Positions 27,637 to 38,105 of a DNA stretch of 64,000 nucleotides are shown here, one piece after another (the first letter of the stretch is position 1; every line of letters begins with the position of its first letter). The notes beneath the pieces were generated by a model. It saw only the letters and a program-made list of their open reading frames with translations. It did no database searches and was not told where the DNA came from. Made by a program: the position numbers and the translations under genes. Source of the DNA: Spirochaetaceae bacterium (GTDB lineage: Bacteria > Spirochaetota > Spirochaetia > DSM-2461). The stretch covers positions 64,001 to 128,000 of the forward strand of contig JAOPTT010000009.1 in NCBI GenBank assembly GCA_051531975.1. The letters run 5' to 3'.

Positions 27637-28341
27637 CTATGTTAAAATTTTATATAGCTCTTTTTCTAGCTCTAATAAGTTTGGGTTATGCAAAGTTCTT
27701 TGGGTATGGGGGATTGGATTTGTTATATGTTTTTTAATAGTAACAGGTCTCTTTGAAAGAACTATTATTTCATCTCCTAACAATATAGCTTCGTGGATGT
27801 CGTGGGTTACAAAGATTGCTGTTCTCTCCTCTTTTCTCCACAAATTATTAAATAGTTTAAACAGATTTAATTTTAATGCTAAGTCTAAACCTTTAAAAGG
27901 TTCATCCATTAATATTGAATTAGAAGGATAAGCAAATGCTCTAGCAATAGATACCCTTTGTCTCATTCCTCCACTTAGCTGATTTGGATAATAGTTTTTA
28001 AACTCAAAAAGTTCTAACTGTTCTAAGTAATATTGTACTCTTTTATTGGCCCCATCTAATGGCAGATTATCTAAAACAAATTTAATGTTCTGCTCTGTAG
28101 TTTTCCATGGCAGAAGCCTAGGTTCCTGATAGATGTAACTTAGTTCAAAGTTATCTGGAAGTTGTATAACTCCACTATCAGGTTTTAATGTATTAGAAAT
28201 TAAGTTCAGTAGAGTTGTTTTTCCACAGCCAGATGGACCTAATATTACAGTTACTTTACCTTTGTTTATGGTTAGATTTAGATCTGTAAAAATAGGAAGA
28301 TCCTTATAGGTGAAGTTTATGTTATTTAATTTAATGTCCAT
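27637..28341 (-). CDS. ABC transporter ATPase, NitT/TauT family
   Basis: GPSGCGKT, LSGGMRQR, LMDEPF, FVTHD. Confidence 0.92.
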   Translation of the reverse strand: MDIKLNNINFTYKDLPIFTDLNLTINKGKVTVILGPSGCGKTTLLNLISNTLKPDSGVIQLPDNFELSYIYQEPRLLPWKTTEQNIKFVLDNLPLDGANKRVQYYLEQLELFEFKNYYPNQLSGGMRQRVSIARAFAYPSNSILMDEPFKGLDLALKLNLFKLFNNLWRKEERTAIFVTHDIHEAILLGDEIIVLSKRPVTIKKHITNPIPHTQRTLHNPNLLELEKELYKILT

Positions 28342-29072
28342 TTCTTCTTCCATATATTAAAAATCTTTTCGGTTATTACACTTAATAGTATAGCTATTAC
28401 AGTCCAGGCGAATACTTCTTCTGTTACTAAAAAAGCTTTTGCTTCGTTTAAACTTGTACCAATACCCCATTCCGGCTGACTAATAACTTCTGCTGCAACA
28501 ATAACTTTCCAAATTACACCTAAAGATAGAGAGGCCCCTGCTAAAATAAATGGTATGATAGATGGTATATATATTTGGAATACCTGTTTCTTTAGTGGTA
28601 TTTTGTATGTATTAGCCATATCTAAAAGATTTTGGTCCACTGTTGTTAATCCCTCTATTACATTGCCACATACAATTGGAAATGCCATTAAAAAAGCGAC
28701 AAAAATAGGCACATAGTTAACGTTAAACCATATAAGTGCTAATAAAATAACTGATATAACAGGGGTAGTTCTAATTACTGAAATTATAGGCCTAACAAAG
28801 AGACTAAATTTAGGGAATATTCCGGCTAATACACCTACAATTAAACCTGCAGAAAATGATATTAGAAACCCTATAGTCCCACGTAATAGAGTAGTCCCAA
28901 CTTGGATAATAAAACCTTTTTGAAATGTAATGGATATTAGAGATTTTAATACTACGAGTGGGGATGGAAGTATAACTTCCGCCCCAATAATAAGGGCAGA
29001 AACCTTCCATATGATAATTAGTATTGTGATAGAAAGTAGAGATAGTAGATGTTTTCTACCTATTCTTTTCAC
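28326..29072 (-). CDS. ABC transporter permease, NitT/TauT family
   Basis: LPSP, WKVIVAAE; hydrophobic; in operon with ATPase and binding protein. Confidence 0.9.
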   Translation of the reverse strand: MKRIGRKHLLSLLSITILIIIWKVSALIIGAEVILPSPLVVLKSLISITFQKGFIIQVGTTLLRGTIGFLISFSAGLIVGVLAGIFPKFSLFVRPIISVIRTTPVISVILLALIWFNVNYVPIFVAFLMAFPIVCGNVIEGLTTVDQNLLDMANTYKIPLKKQVFQIYIPSIIPFILAGASLSLGVIWKVIVAAEVISQPEWGIGTSLNEAKAFLVTEEVFAWTVIAILLSVITEKIFNIWKKKWTLN

Positions 29073-29075
29073 AGA

Positions 29076-30014
29076 TTACCTCTTAATGTCCATGTAAAAA
29101 TCGTCTGAAGGCATAGAACCACCAATAGATTTAGGATCAGATTCAAAAAGAACTTTATAATATGTCTCTAGGCCAGCTTTAGCTTCTTGGGCATTAATAA
29201 AACCTAAGTTAAGCCTAGGCATTGCTTTTGTTATAAGTGGTCCAGTTACTCCAAGTTTTACAGCAGCACCTTTTTGACCAGCTTCCATTGGATTTTTTAT
29301 AACCCAGTTTATTGAATTTTCTAACTCTTTTAAAAATATTTTAACAACTTCAGGATGCTCTATAATTAGAGATTTTTTTACAACAATACAAGATAGAGGG
29401 TAATCACCAAACTCTTTCTGGAAATCTAAAACTACCTTCATTTTTCTGTTTTTTAATAAAACCTTAGTAATTAGAGGTTCAGGTAGAATTCCAGTTTCTA
29501 CTTTGTTTCCAATTAACATAGGGGCTAAAGCAACATGATTATATGTATAATCAACATCAACATCTGTTTTTGGAGCTAAACCATTTTTATTTAAAAGGTT
29601 ATTAAAAAGAAAGCCAGGAGTAGAAGATCTAGCAATGTTATATACTTTTTTGCCTTTTAAGTCTTTCCAAGTTTTAATATCATCTCTACTACTAATTACA
29701 TATAAAGTACCATTACCTGTAACTGCAGCTAGTTCATAATCTGACTTTTTATTGAAGATTATAGCAGCTAAATTTGTAGGTAGTGCAGCAATGTCATAAG
29801 AACCTGATAGTAGTCCCGCTGTAACTAGTTGAGGTGTATTAACTATACTATATTCTACTTTAGTATTGTCCCCAAAGTTTTTATTCCCATGTATAAGATT
29901 AACCATGGAGAGTCCTGTTGGTCCCTTTAAAGCTGCTACATTTATTTTAATATCTTCTGCAAAGATACCTGTAGTCAGAATTAAAGAAAGAACCAAAAAG
30001 TGTAGTTTTTTCAT
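29076..30014 (-). CDS. ABC transporter substrate-binding protein, NitT/TauT family
   Basis: Signal peptide, ALKGPTG, LPEP, PKSIGGSMPSDDFY. Confidence 0.88.
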   Translation of the reverse strand: MKKLHFLVLSLILTTGIFAEDIKINVAALKGPTGLSMVNLIHGNKNFGDNTKVEYSIVNTPQLVTAGLLSGSYDIAALPTNLAAIIFNKKSDYELAAVTGNGTLYVISSRDDIKTWKDLKGKKVYNIARSSTPGFLFNNLLNKNGLAPKTDVDVDYTYNHVALAPMLIGNKVETGILPEPLITKVLLKNRKMKVVLDFQKEFGDYPLSCIVVKKSLIIEHPEVVKIFLKELENSINWVIKNPMEAGQKGAAVKLGVTGPLITKAMPRLNLGFINAQEAKAGLETYYKVLFESDPKSIGGSMPSDDFYMDIKR

Positions 30015-30066
30015 CTGTTATTCCTTCTATTTAGTATTGTTAGATTATATATAACTCTTTATAAAT

Positions 30067-30092
30067 AAAAAAGCCTCTGTAATACAGAGGCT
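30067..30092 (-). terminator. Intrinsic terminator
   Basis: AGCCTCTGTA/TACAGAGGCT hairpin with a U-tract on the minus strand. Confidence 0.8.
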
Positions 30093-30112
30093 ATGTGTTA
30101 ATTAAATTTTGT

Positions 30113-31534
30113 TTATATTGCTACAATGATACTTGCTCCAAGAGCTAAACCTTCAGTATTTGTTTGAAAGTCAGGTAAGAAAAAGTAGTGTGCATTAAAG
30201 TTTAATGATACAGGACCTAATCCTATACCAAGACCAGCACTAATTCTTGGATTGATAAATGATGGGCTATAATCTTCGCTATAAGGGAACTCCATACCAG
30301 AACCTTCTATAACTTCTTCTATAACACCTGTTAATAATTTTGTAGTAAAACTATCATCTTGTGACGAATCAACGTCGAAACTAATATTTGTTTTACCAAA
30401 TTTAAGATCGGCACCAGCTGCTACTTTTAGAGTTAATACAGACATTACTTTAATACCAGTAGATACTTCTAAAGGAATTGTAAAGGCTGTATTTGTTAAA
30501 GAAAACTCTGCAGATAGTAGTGGTTCTCCACCTGTATCTGGAGCATCTGGAGCTAATAAACTAGTAAGATCACTTGTTGCTACAATGTCATATCCAGTAT
30601 AAATAAAACCAGAACCTAAAGAAACTCCAGTCCATTTAAGGATAATAGGAATTCCCCAAGACTTAATTAATTGATAATTTGCTGTAATACCAAATATTTG
30701 GCTTGTCATTACAGCTTCCATTGGTAAGTCTTCTATTGGCTCATCACTAAGAGTAATCTCAGTTCCTAGGATATCAATACCAATACCATCGCTTCCTGCT
30801 GTCATGCTTAAAGATCCAAAAACAACACCAAGATACAGTCGATCTACTAACCAGCTAAAGTTAAGTCCAACATTTGCTGAAAATCCTTGTAGACCTATAC
30901 CTAAAGATAGACCTTCATCTTCTAGTAGGGTTGTAAGATCATCCATTGTTGATGAACCTGTAAAATATCCAAGTGCTGTCTGTGAAATTTCAGAACTATA
31001 AGATACTGAACCTAATATACCTACTTGAACTGCAAATAGTTTATATCCTTGTAATCCAAACATTGAACTAGCTACTGAAGTTTGAGCATTTGCATCTGCA
31101 AAACCAGATAAAACACTTAACGTATTACCTAGTGCATCTATTGCCTCGGTTAATGCTGCTGTATCTCCATTAGCTAATACTTCATCTGCTATTTGTGATA
31201 TTATAGCGTCAGCAACCATATCATCAACAATATCAAAATCAAACGCATCGTCATTTTCTAGATCTTCTAATGTTGTCCAGTTTCCAGCATCAATTCCCTC
31301 TACAATGTCTAAAGTGCTATTAACTTGGTCAACTGTATAACCCTCTTCGTAAAGTGAAATTTCTATTTCAGCAACTGCTGCGGCATCAATAGTTCCTGCA
31401 AAAGCAGACAGGTCAACATCAGCTGAGTTCCCACTATTTAAAGCTTCTAACATTGCTTCCATGTCTAATGCTTGAGCAGAAATGGCTCCAACAGATAAAA
31501 ACATAATAATTAAAAAAGTTAGTATTTTTTTCAT
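30113..31534 (-). CDS. Exported protein with acidic helical N-terminus and probable C-terminal outer-membrane beta-barrel
   Basis: Signal peptide (AISAQA); alternating hydrophobic Gly-rich strands (FSANVGLNF, RISAGLGIGLGP, GLALGASIIVAI). Confidence 0.6.
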   Translation of the reverse strand: MKKILTFLIIMFLSVGAISAQALDMEAMLEALNSGNSADVDLSAFAGTIDAAAVAEIEISLYEEGYTVDQVNSTLDIVEGIDAGNWTTLEDLENDDAFDFDIVDDMVADAIISQIADEVLANGDTAALTEAIDALGNTLSVLSGFADANAQTSVASSMFGLQGYKLFAVQVGILGSVSYSSEISQTALGYFTGSSTMDDLTTLLEDEGLSLGIGLQGFSANVGLNFSWLVDRLYLGVVFGSLSMTAGSDGIGIDILGTEITLSDEPIEDLPMEAVMTSQIFGITANYQLIKSWGIPIILKWTGVSLGSGFIYTGYDIVATSDLTSLLAPDAPDTGGEPLLSAEFSLTNTAFTIPLEVSTGIKVMSVLTLKVAAGADLKFGKTNISFDVDSSQDDSFTTKLLTGVIEEVIEGSGMEFPYSEDYSPSFINPRISAGLGIGLGPVSLNFNAHYFFLPDFQTNTEGLALGASIIVAI

Positions 31535-31643
31535 ATCTATAATCTCCTTATATTTTTTATTGATAGTTTCTTCGATTATAATTATATACTATGTATAACC
31601 AAAATGTAATTAAAAGTGCACTTAATAGGTAATTAATTGTAAA

Positions 31644-33125
31644 TTAATACAAACTTTGTTCGATGGAACTAATTCTGCAAGTTTTACATTTTAGTATTGT
31701 TGATTCGTAAGAGTCTATTAACAAAAGTCCAACACTGTTATAAATATACTCTTTTAAACTGTCCTGAACTTGCTGAAATAGTATAGGAGTAACCAGAGAG
31801 ACAACAAAAATAAGAGGGTGACTTTTTTTTATAATAAATTGGGTTGCCCAGAAATATCCTTGAATGTTTTTAGCTATTTTACTTCCAGTTTTTATATGGG
31901 GAATATATTCTTTTATCCCACTGGTTCCTAAAAAATCATTAATATCTATAACTAATTTCAAAGGTATTTTATCTAATAAATCCTTCGATGCCGGAATAGT
32001 ATAGATATTTTTTAATAAAATTGTAGTTAAAAAATAACCTAACTCTATAGCCTCTTTTACTCTTAGGTTAAATAGAGGTTGTTCTGATTTTGGAAAGTAA
32101 ACTCTTCCTATGGTTTCAGAAATTCCTATTAAAGGTTTAAGATTCAGAGAGTTTTTAGAATCAAAATTTAGTTCAGAATCAACTGTGTTTTTTATAGTAT
32201 TTGTAACTCTTGTTATTAGTCTTTGCAGTGTATCATTATCTTGCTGGGCTTCTCTACTGTGTAGTATATTCTCTTTTTTTAACTCATCTTTAAATGCTTT
32301 TAATGCACTTTCAAGGTAGGTTGTAAAATTAAATCTATTTTTAAACTTAGTATGTCTATCCTGGGCAATACCACCTTTCTCTATTATATCTTTATGAGAA
32401 AATTCTAGTCTATTGTGCAGTGAACTATTTCGATCTGAATAGAGGTAGATTGTATAATAACCAACCTTGATCAGTATTAAACCGTAAATAAATCTAAGAT
32501 AACCTTCAAAAAGAGTAGAGTATAGCAGGGAGAATATGAGTTGAGAAATAATAATTGGTAGACCTAAAATAGGAGTAAGTATTAACCTAAATATCTTGGT
32601 TGTAATTCTATACTTTTGCAAAATTTGTACTATCCTGTTTTGAGTTATAACTTTTATGGACCTATTTAATTTTGTGATTCTTAAAAAAAGATTAATTGGA
32701 AGTTTTTCCAGTATTCTAAATACTTTCAGTTTTTTTAAGTCAGCATGAATATCGTCAAATATAAGGTATGTAGCCTCTAAAACTTTTTGAATCGAGAATT
32801 TAAGATCAATTTTCCCTGTAGAATCATCATTATATATCTGGGTTATATTGATAAAGAGTAGTTTGATCTGGTTTTCCAGAAATTTTATATTAAAAGACAT
32901 AAGGAAGGGTGAGTTTAGACCTTTCCATGCGTTGGTTTTTAGAAATTCAACAGCTTCTAAATCTCTATCGTCTATCCAGCCCTCTTTAATTGTTGAAGTT
33001 AGCTCTTTAACATATTTTGATTTTAATCTGAATAAAATTATTGGGGCTATTATTAATCTCATTATAATAGGGACTATAATTATTGGTAAAAACAGAGGTA
33101 GATATGGTAGGACTTTATTAATCAT
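31644..33125 (-). CDS. Hypothetical membrane protein with an apparent internal domain duplication
   Basis: 493-aa ORF with TM segments, overlapping the stop of the DHH gene. Confidence 0.65.
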   Translation of the reverse strand: MINKVLPYLPLFLPIIIVPIIMRLIIAPIILFRLKSKYVKELTSTIKEGWIDDRDLEAVEFLKTNAWKGLNSPFLMSFNIKFLENQIKLLFINITQIYNDDSTGKIDLKFSIQKVLEATYLIFDDIHADLKKLKVFRILEKLPINLFLRITKLNRSIKVITQNRIVQILQKYRITTKIFRLILTPILGLPIIISQLIFSLLYSTLFEGYLRFIYGLILIKVGYYTIYLYSDRNSSLHNRLEFSHKDIIEKGGIAQDRHTKFKNRFNFTTYLESALKAFKDELKKENILHSREAQQDNDTLQRLITRVTNTIKNTVDSELNFDSKNSLNLKPLIGISETIGRVYFPKSEQPLFNLRVKEAIELGYFLTTILLKNIYTIPASKDLLDKIPLKLVIDINDFLGTSGIKEYIPHIKTGSKIAKNIQGYFWATQFIIKKSHPLIFVVSLVTPILFQQVQDSLKEYIYNSVGLLLIDSYESTILKCKTCRISSIEQSLY

Positions 33126-34068
33126 TTAGTAAGGTAACAACCCTATGCATTGTTTCTGTTAAAGAGAATCCTTTTGCACTAAATATTACTCCCCCAGCCA
33201 TCTCTATATGTCCACCACCAGCCCCTATAGACTGTGTTATAGATCTAATTATTTCTGCAGCATTCCAGTTTGCATTCTCATTTCTTATTGATATTGATAT
33301 TACATTGTCGTTTTTAGCAAATAAGATTGATAGTTCAATCTCTTGGGCAGATAGAATAAAATCCCCTAATATTCCCATTAGGTTTGTTTCGCAACCTTTA
33401 TTAAAATAGTGCCATGCTATATTTTTGTCTGTTTTTAATTTACTTATTGTCTGGTTAAAAAAAGCAAAATCCGAGAGCTGTATATTGTTTCTTAGCAGAG
33501 TATTAACCAGTGTGTTATCTGCAAAATTATATAAATAGTGGTATGAATCAATATCTTTTTGTGTAACTTTTCTAGTTAACAGGTCAGTGTCTCTGCTAAT
33601 TCCAATTTTTAAAGCTGTTGCAGCTTTTTGGGATATGCCTAGACCTTGTTTAATAAAATAGTCAGTAATAATTGTTGAGCAGGAACCTAATTCATGATCT
33701 ATCTGTATGTATGGAACGTCTTCAGGTTTTTCTACAATATGGTGGTCAATTACAGCAATTTCAAAGCCAGGTAGATCCGTTACATTTTTACTCCATTTAC
33801 AACCATCAACTATAATTATTAAGTCATCATCTAGGAATTTTAATTCCGATGCCCTAGTTATTTCAATTTCTAACTTATTAATCATGTTTTTAAGTGCGTC
33901 TCTTTGGATGTCTCCGCAATAGACAATCTGGGAATCTATATTGTAATGGTTTAGATAGCTCTGGAGGCCGTATGCAGATGCTACAGCGTCTGGATCAGGG
34001 AAATCATGGGTCTGAATAAATAGTCTTTTATCACTCTTTTGTAGTTCTTTAACTAATTCATTTATCAT
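33118..34068 (-). CDS. DHH/DHHA1 phosphoesterase (NrnA-like)
   Basis: HDFPDPDA, VDG, IDHH, RDT, GGGHIEMAGG. Confidence 0.9.
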   Translation of the reverse strand: MINELVKELQKSDKRLFIQTHDFPDPDAVASAYGLQSYLNHYNIDSQIVYCGDIQRDALKNMINKLEIEITRASELKFLDDDLIIIVDGCKWSKNVTDLPGFEIAVIDHHIVEKPEDVPYIQIDHELGSCSTIITDYFIKQGLGISQKAATALKIGISRDTDLLTRKVTQKDIDSYHYLYNFADNTLVNTLLRNNIQLSDFAFFNQTISKLKTDKNIAWHYFNKGCETNLMGILGDFILSAQEIELSILFAKNDNVISISIRNENANWNAAEIIRSITQSIGAGGGHIEMAGGVIFSAKGFSLTETMHRVVTLLND

Positions 34069-34127
34069 ATATAAACATTATTATACTAAAATATCCCCAA
34101 TAGTTTCTATAGTAACCAGTTTGGGTC

Positions 34128-34156
34128 TTGCAGAAAGGGGGCTGTAAATGTATAAT
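34128..34156 (+). promoter_or_regulatory. Sigma70-type promoter of fusA
   Basis: TTGCAG-17 nt-TATAAT. Confidence 0.7.
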
Positions 34157-34228
34157 CCGAAATACTTTATAGTATATTTAGATTTTTATAAATCGAATAA
34201 GATAATTAAACGAGAGGTTGTTTTTAGA

Positions 34229-36322
34229 ATGGCATACGAGCTAAGTAAATTAAGAAACATCGGAATCAGTGCACACATCGATTCTGGTAAGACTACATTA
34301 ACAGAGAGAATATTATTTTTCTGTGAGAGAATACACGCTATCCACGAAGTAAGAGGAAAAGACGGTGTTGGGGCAACAATGGACTCAATGGAACTTGAGA
34401 AAGAGCGTGGTATTACTATTGCGTCTGCTGCTACAAGTGTTGAGTGGAAAGATACTCCAATCAATATTATTGATACTCCAGGACACGTTGACTTTACTAT
34501 CGAAGTAGAAAGATCTTTACGTGTACTTGATGGTGGTATTCTTGTTCTTGATTCAGTTTCTGGTGTTCAGTCTCAGTCAATTACAGTTGATAGACAGTTA
34601 AAAAGATATAAAGTTCCTAGAGTTGCATTTGTTAACAAATGTGACAAAACAGGTGCTGACCCATATAAAGTTAAAGATCAGTTAATTGAAAAACTAAACT
34701 TGAATGCAGTTATGGTTCAAACTCCTCTTGGGCTTGAAGATAAAATTGAAGGTTGTATTGATTTAGTTGAAATGAAAGCATACTACTTTGATGGTGATGA
34801 AAGATATGCTGTTAGAGTTGAAGATATTCCTGCTAACTTATTAGACGAAGCAAACGAGAAGAGAGAAGAGTTATTAGATGCTGCTTCAATGTTCGATGAC
34901 CATATCATGGAATTAATGATGGAAGGTGACGACGTACCTTCTGATGTTTTAAACGCTGCAATTAGAAAAGGTGTTTTAGCATTAGAATTATGTCCTGTAT
35001 TTGTTGGTTCTGCTTACAAAAACAAAGGTGTTCAACCATTATTAGATGGTGTTGCACTCTACTTACCATGTCCTACTGACGTTGAAAACATAGCTTTAGA
35101 CTTAGATGACGAAGAAAAAGAAGTTGTTTTAGAATCAAATGATGATGCTAAAACTGTTGCTTTAGGTTTTAAACTTGAAGATGGTCAGTTTGGTCAGTTA
35201 ACATATGTTAGAGTTTACCAGGGTATGCTTAAGAAGGGTGGAGAGCTAATTAACATTAGAACTCAGAAGAAATTCAAAATTGGAAGACTTGTAAGAATGC
35301 ACTCTAATAACATGGAAGATATTACTGAAGCGCAAGCTGGTGATATTGTAGCACTGTTTGGTGTTGAGTGTGCTTCTGGAGATACTTTCTGTCATCCAGA
35401 CTTAAACTACTCACTAACTTCAATGTTTGTTCCTAACTCAGTTATATCCCTATCTATTGAACCTATTGATAAATCAGCTTCTGACAAAATGGCTAAAGCT
35501 TTAAACAGATTTACTAAAGAGGATCCTACATTTAAAGTTCATGTTGACAAAGAGTCTAACCAGACTATTGTTTCTGGTATGGGTGAACTTCACTTAGAAG
35601 TATATATTGAGAGAATGAAACGTGAGTACGGAGCAGTTGTTGAAACTGGACAGCCTCAGGTAGCATATAGAGAGACAATTACTACTTCCGCAGAGTTTAA
35701 CTATACTCATAAGAAGCAGTCAGGTGGATCTGGTCAATACGGTAGAGTTGCAGGAATCATGGAGCCTCTTGAAGAAGAGAACTACGAATTTGTTAACTCT
35801 ATTAAAGGTGGATCAATTCCTACTGAATATATTCCATCATGTGATAAAGGTTTCCAGGAATCTATGAAGAAAGGTCACTTAATTGGTTTCCCTGTTGAGA
35901 GAATTAAAATGACTATTTCTGATGGTCAGTATCACCAGGTCGATTCTTCTGATAAAGCTTTCCAAATTGCTGCTAGAGGTGCTTTTAAAGAAGCATATCT
36001 TAAAGCAAGCCCATGTATATTAGAGCCAATTATGAAGGTTACTTTAGAAGGTCCTTCTGAATTTCAAGGTTCTTTATTTGGATTAGTTAACCAGAGACGT
36101 GGTATGATACTAGGTTCTACAGAAGAAGGTAACAATAGTGTTGTTGAAGCTGAAGTTCCATTAAGTGAAATGTTCGGTTTCTCTACAGTATTAAGATCTT
36201 CTACTCAAGGTAAAGCTGAGTTCTCAATGGAAGTTGCTAAATATTCTCAAGTTCCTAAAAGTATCTCTGATGAGCTTATGAAAAAATACGAAGAAGAGAA
36301 AAAAGCTGCTCAAAACAAGTAG
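34229..36322 (+). CDS. fusA: Elongation factor G
   Basis: [41 protein letters not shown]. Start set at ATG 34229 (SD GAGAGG) because the promoter overlaps the longer ORF start. Confidence 0.97.
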   Translation: MAYELSKLRNIGISAHIDSGKTTLTERILFFCERIHAIHEVRGKDGVGATMDSMELEKERGITIASAATSVEWKDTPINIIDTPGHVDFTIEVERSLRVLDGGILVLDSVSGVQSQSITVDRQLKRYKVPRVAFVNKCDKTGADPYKVKDQLIEKLNLNAVMVQTPLGLEDKIEGCIDLVEMKAYYFDGDERYAVRVEDIPANLLDEANEKREELLDAASMFDDHIMELMMEGDDVPSDVLNAAIRKGVLALELCPVFVGSAYKNKGVQPLLDGVALYLPCPTDVENIALDLDDEEKEVVLESNDDAKTVALGFKLEDGQFGQLTYVRVYQGMLKKGGELINIRTQKKFKIGRLVRMHSNNMEDITEAQAGDIVALFGVECASGDTFCHPDLNYSLTSMFVPNSVISLSIEPIDKSASDKMAKALNRFTKEDPTFKVHVDKESNQTIVSGMGELHLEVYIERMKREYGAVVETGQPQVAYRETITTSAEFNYTHKKQSGGSGQYGRVAGIMEPLEEENYEFVNSIKGGSIPTEYIPSCDKGFQESMKKGHLIGFPVERIKMTISDGQYHQVDSSDKAFQIAARGAFKEAYLKASPCILEPIMKVTLEGPSEFQGSLFGLVNQRRGMILGSTEEGNNSVVEAEVPLSEMFGFSTVLRSSTQGKAEFSMEVAKYSQVPKSISDELMKKYEEEKKAAQNK

Positions 36323-36345
36323 TTTTTAACTTAACTTTTAAATAT

Positions 36346-36376
36346 AAAAGACACCTTTGTGGGTGTCTTTTTTTTT
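36346..36376 (+). terminator. Intrinsic terminator of fusA
   Basis: AAAAGACACC/GGTGTCTTTT followed by a long T-tract. Confidence 0.85.
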
Positions 36377-36424
36377 ATAATAAAAGAGTCTAGAAAGTAA
36401 TATAATTGAAATGAGGGGTTCATT

Positions 36425-37438
36425 ATGATTGTATTATACGTTTTGTTTTTTATAGTTCTTTTATATTTTATCTACTTAGTTATTATTATTTTTTTACCAG
36501 TTCTTAATATAAAAAAACAGCCATTTAAAAAAGAGTTAATTAGGGTCGCACCTCCTATAAATAGAGGGGATATATCTTTTCTTGTAGATGGAGATTTAGT
36601 TCGAGGGTGGTATTATGATTCAGGTACTATCGGTTCAAATAGTTGTATTGTTATGAGTCATGGTTTTAATGGAACAAAAGATTGTCTTCTTGAAAATTAT
36701 GCACTTGAGTTTAATAAAATTGGAATAGATGTAATAACCTACGATTATAGAACGTATGGTGATAGTGAAGGATTACCAAGGCAGTTGTTATCAGTAACTA
36801 AACAGCATGATGACCTAAGGGGAGCTATAAAGTTTGTCCGGGAAGTTAAAGGAAGTAAAGTCTTTCTCTGGGGGACTTCTGCAGGAGCGAACTATGGGTT
36901 AATAGTTGCAGCTGAAGATGAAGATATTAATGGTGTTATATGCCAATGTGGTTCATATGATCATAAGCTGGATGAAAAGAAAGGAATAGCTGATAATGGG
37001 ATGTTCTTCTATATATCCTTTTTACCCCACGGTATTAGAGCTAAGTGGAGATATAAGCTTGGATTATCACCTTATGTAGTTCCAGCCTATGGTCGATCAG
37101 GAACTAAAGCATTTTTACGAAGTGATTCTATATTTGAGGGAGCTGAAAAAATAGGTTTAAATTCTAAGAATTTTATAAATGAAGTTAATGCTTATTTTAT
37201 GTTACAACCCCACGGACCAGATCTTCTAGAAGTAGCAGGTAGTATTAAGTGTCCTGTTTTATTTCTAAATTGTGAAAAAGATGAAATTATTGCACCTGAA
37301 TCTCATTTAAAGATTTGCGATATTCTAGGGGATAAAAGTAAAGTTATAAACTTTCCTATTGGTCATTTTGATATTTATTATGGTGATTGGTTTAATAAAA
37401 GTATTAATGAGCAAAAACTGTTTTTATCTGAATTATAA
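36425..37438 (+). CDS. Membrane-anchored alpha/beta hydrolase
   Basis: N-terminal TM, SHGF, YDYRTYGDSEG, nucleophile WGTSAG, D..., GHFD. Confidence 0.85.
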   Translation: MIVLYVLFFIVLLYFIYLVIIIFLPVLNIKKQPFKKELIRVAPPINRGDISFLVDGDLVRGWYYDSGTIGSNSCIVMSHGFNGTKDCLLENYALEFNKIGIDVITYDYRTYGDSEGLPRQLLSVTKQHDDLRGAIKFVREVKGSKVFLWGTSAGANYGLIVAAEDEDINGVICQCGSYDHKLDEKKGIADNGMFFYISFLPHGIRAKWRYKLGLSPYVVPAYGRSGTKAFLRSDSIFEGAEKIGLNSKNFINEVNAYFMLQPHGPDLLEVAGSIKCPVLFLNCEKDEIIAPESHLKICDILGDKSKVINFPIGHFDIYYGDWFNKSINEQKLFLSEL

Positions 37439-37456
37439 AAGTATTATATTATCTGT

Positions 37457-37660
37457 ATGACAGATAATAGAGATTTATTAAAAGAGAATCCATTTTCTTA
37501 CAGAGAAGGGAAAGATAAAGTTTTTATACAATTTAGAAACAGAGAGATAATGATATTAAAAGGTAAGGCTGCTGGGAAGTTATTAAATAAACTATACGGA
37601 GAAGATGAATTCACAGTCCAGTTGACTTTAGCCAAAGTAACTGGCCATTTTAAACACTAA
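37457..37660 (+). CDS. Small conserved hypothetical protein
   Basis: 67 aa (PFSYR..KDKVFI...LKGK...AKVTG); fills the gap in a co-oriented run. Confidence 0.65.
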   Translation: MTDNRDLLKENPFSYREGKDKVFIQFRNREIMILKGKAAGKLLNKLYGEDEFTVQLTLAKVTGHFKH

Positions 37661-37700
37661 GAAGGTTCTTTCTTTCATTTAAAAAATGTTATTATTAAGT

Positions 37701-38090
37701 ATGATTAAAACATTAAGAATTATACCACTTTTATTGGTGTGTTCTGTTATTATATATTTAAGTTTAACTAGCAGAAGCATTAATCCTATCTCCTTAAATA
37801 ATATTGATAAGGTCTATCATTTTATAGCGTATTTCACTCTTGGCTTTACAATATGTTTAGCATTCTCCAATAAAGTACTATTAATAATAAACCTATTTCT
37901 TGGACTCGCCCTAGGAATCGCTCTAGAATTTATTCAAGGAACCCTAGGTTATAGGGATATGTCAGTAGCTGATGCTGTGGCTAATAGTTTAGGACTTTTT
38001 ACTGGAGTTTTAGTTTTTTATATTTGTTATAAGCAGATATATTGGGTTTTTAAAAAATTAAGATTAAATAGAATATTTTTAGATAAATAA
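37701..38090 (+). CDS. VanZ family membrane protein
   Basis: DKVYHFIAY, EFIQ, R.MSVADAVANSLG. Confidence 0.85.
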   Translation: MIKTLRIIPLLLVCSVIIYLSLTSRSINPISLNNIDKVYHFIAYFTLGFTICLAFSNKVLLIINLFLGLALGIALEFIQGTLGYRDMSVADAVANSLGLFTGVLVFYICYKQIYWVFKKLRLNRIFLDK

Positions 38091-38105
38091 AAGAAGGTTA
38101 ATAAA

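Noticed and set aside
34148..34228. N-terminal extension of EF-G in the ORF track
   Set aside because: It overlaps the -10 box; the SD and conserved sequence point to ATG 34229.
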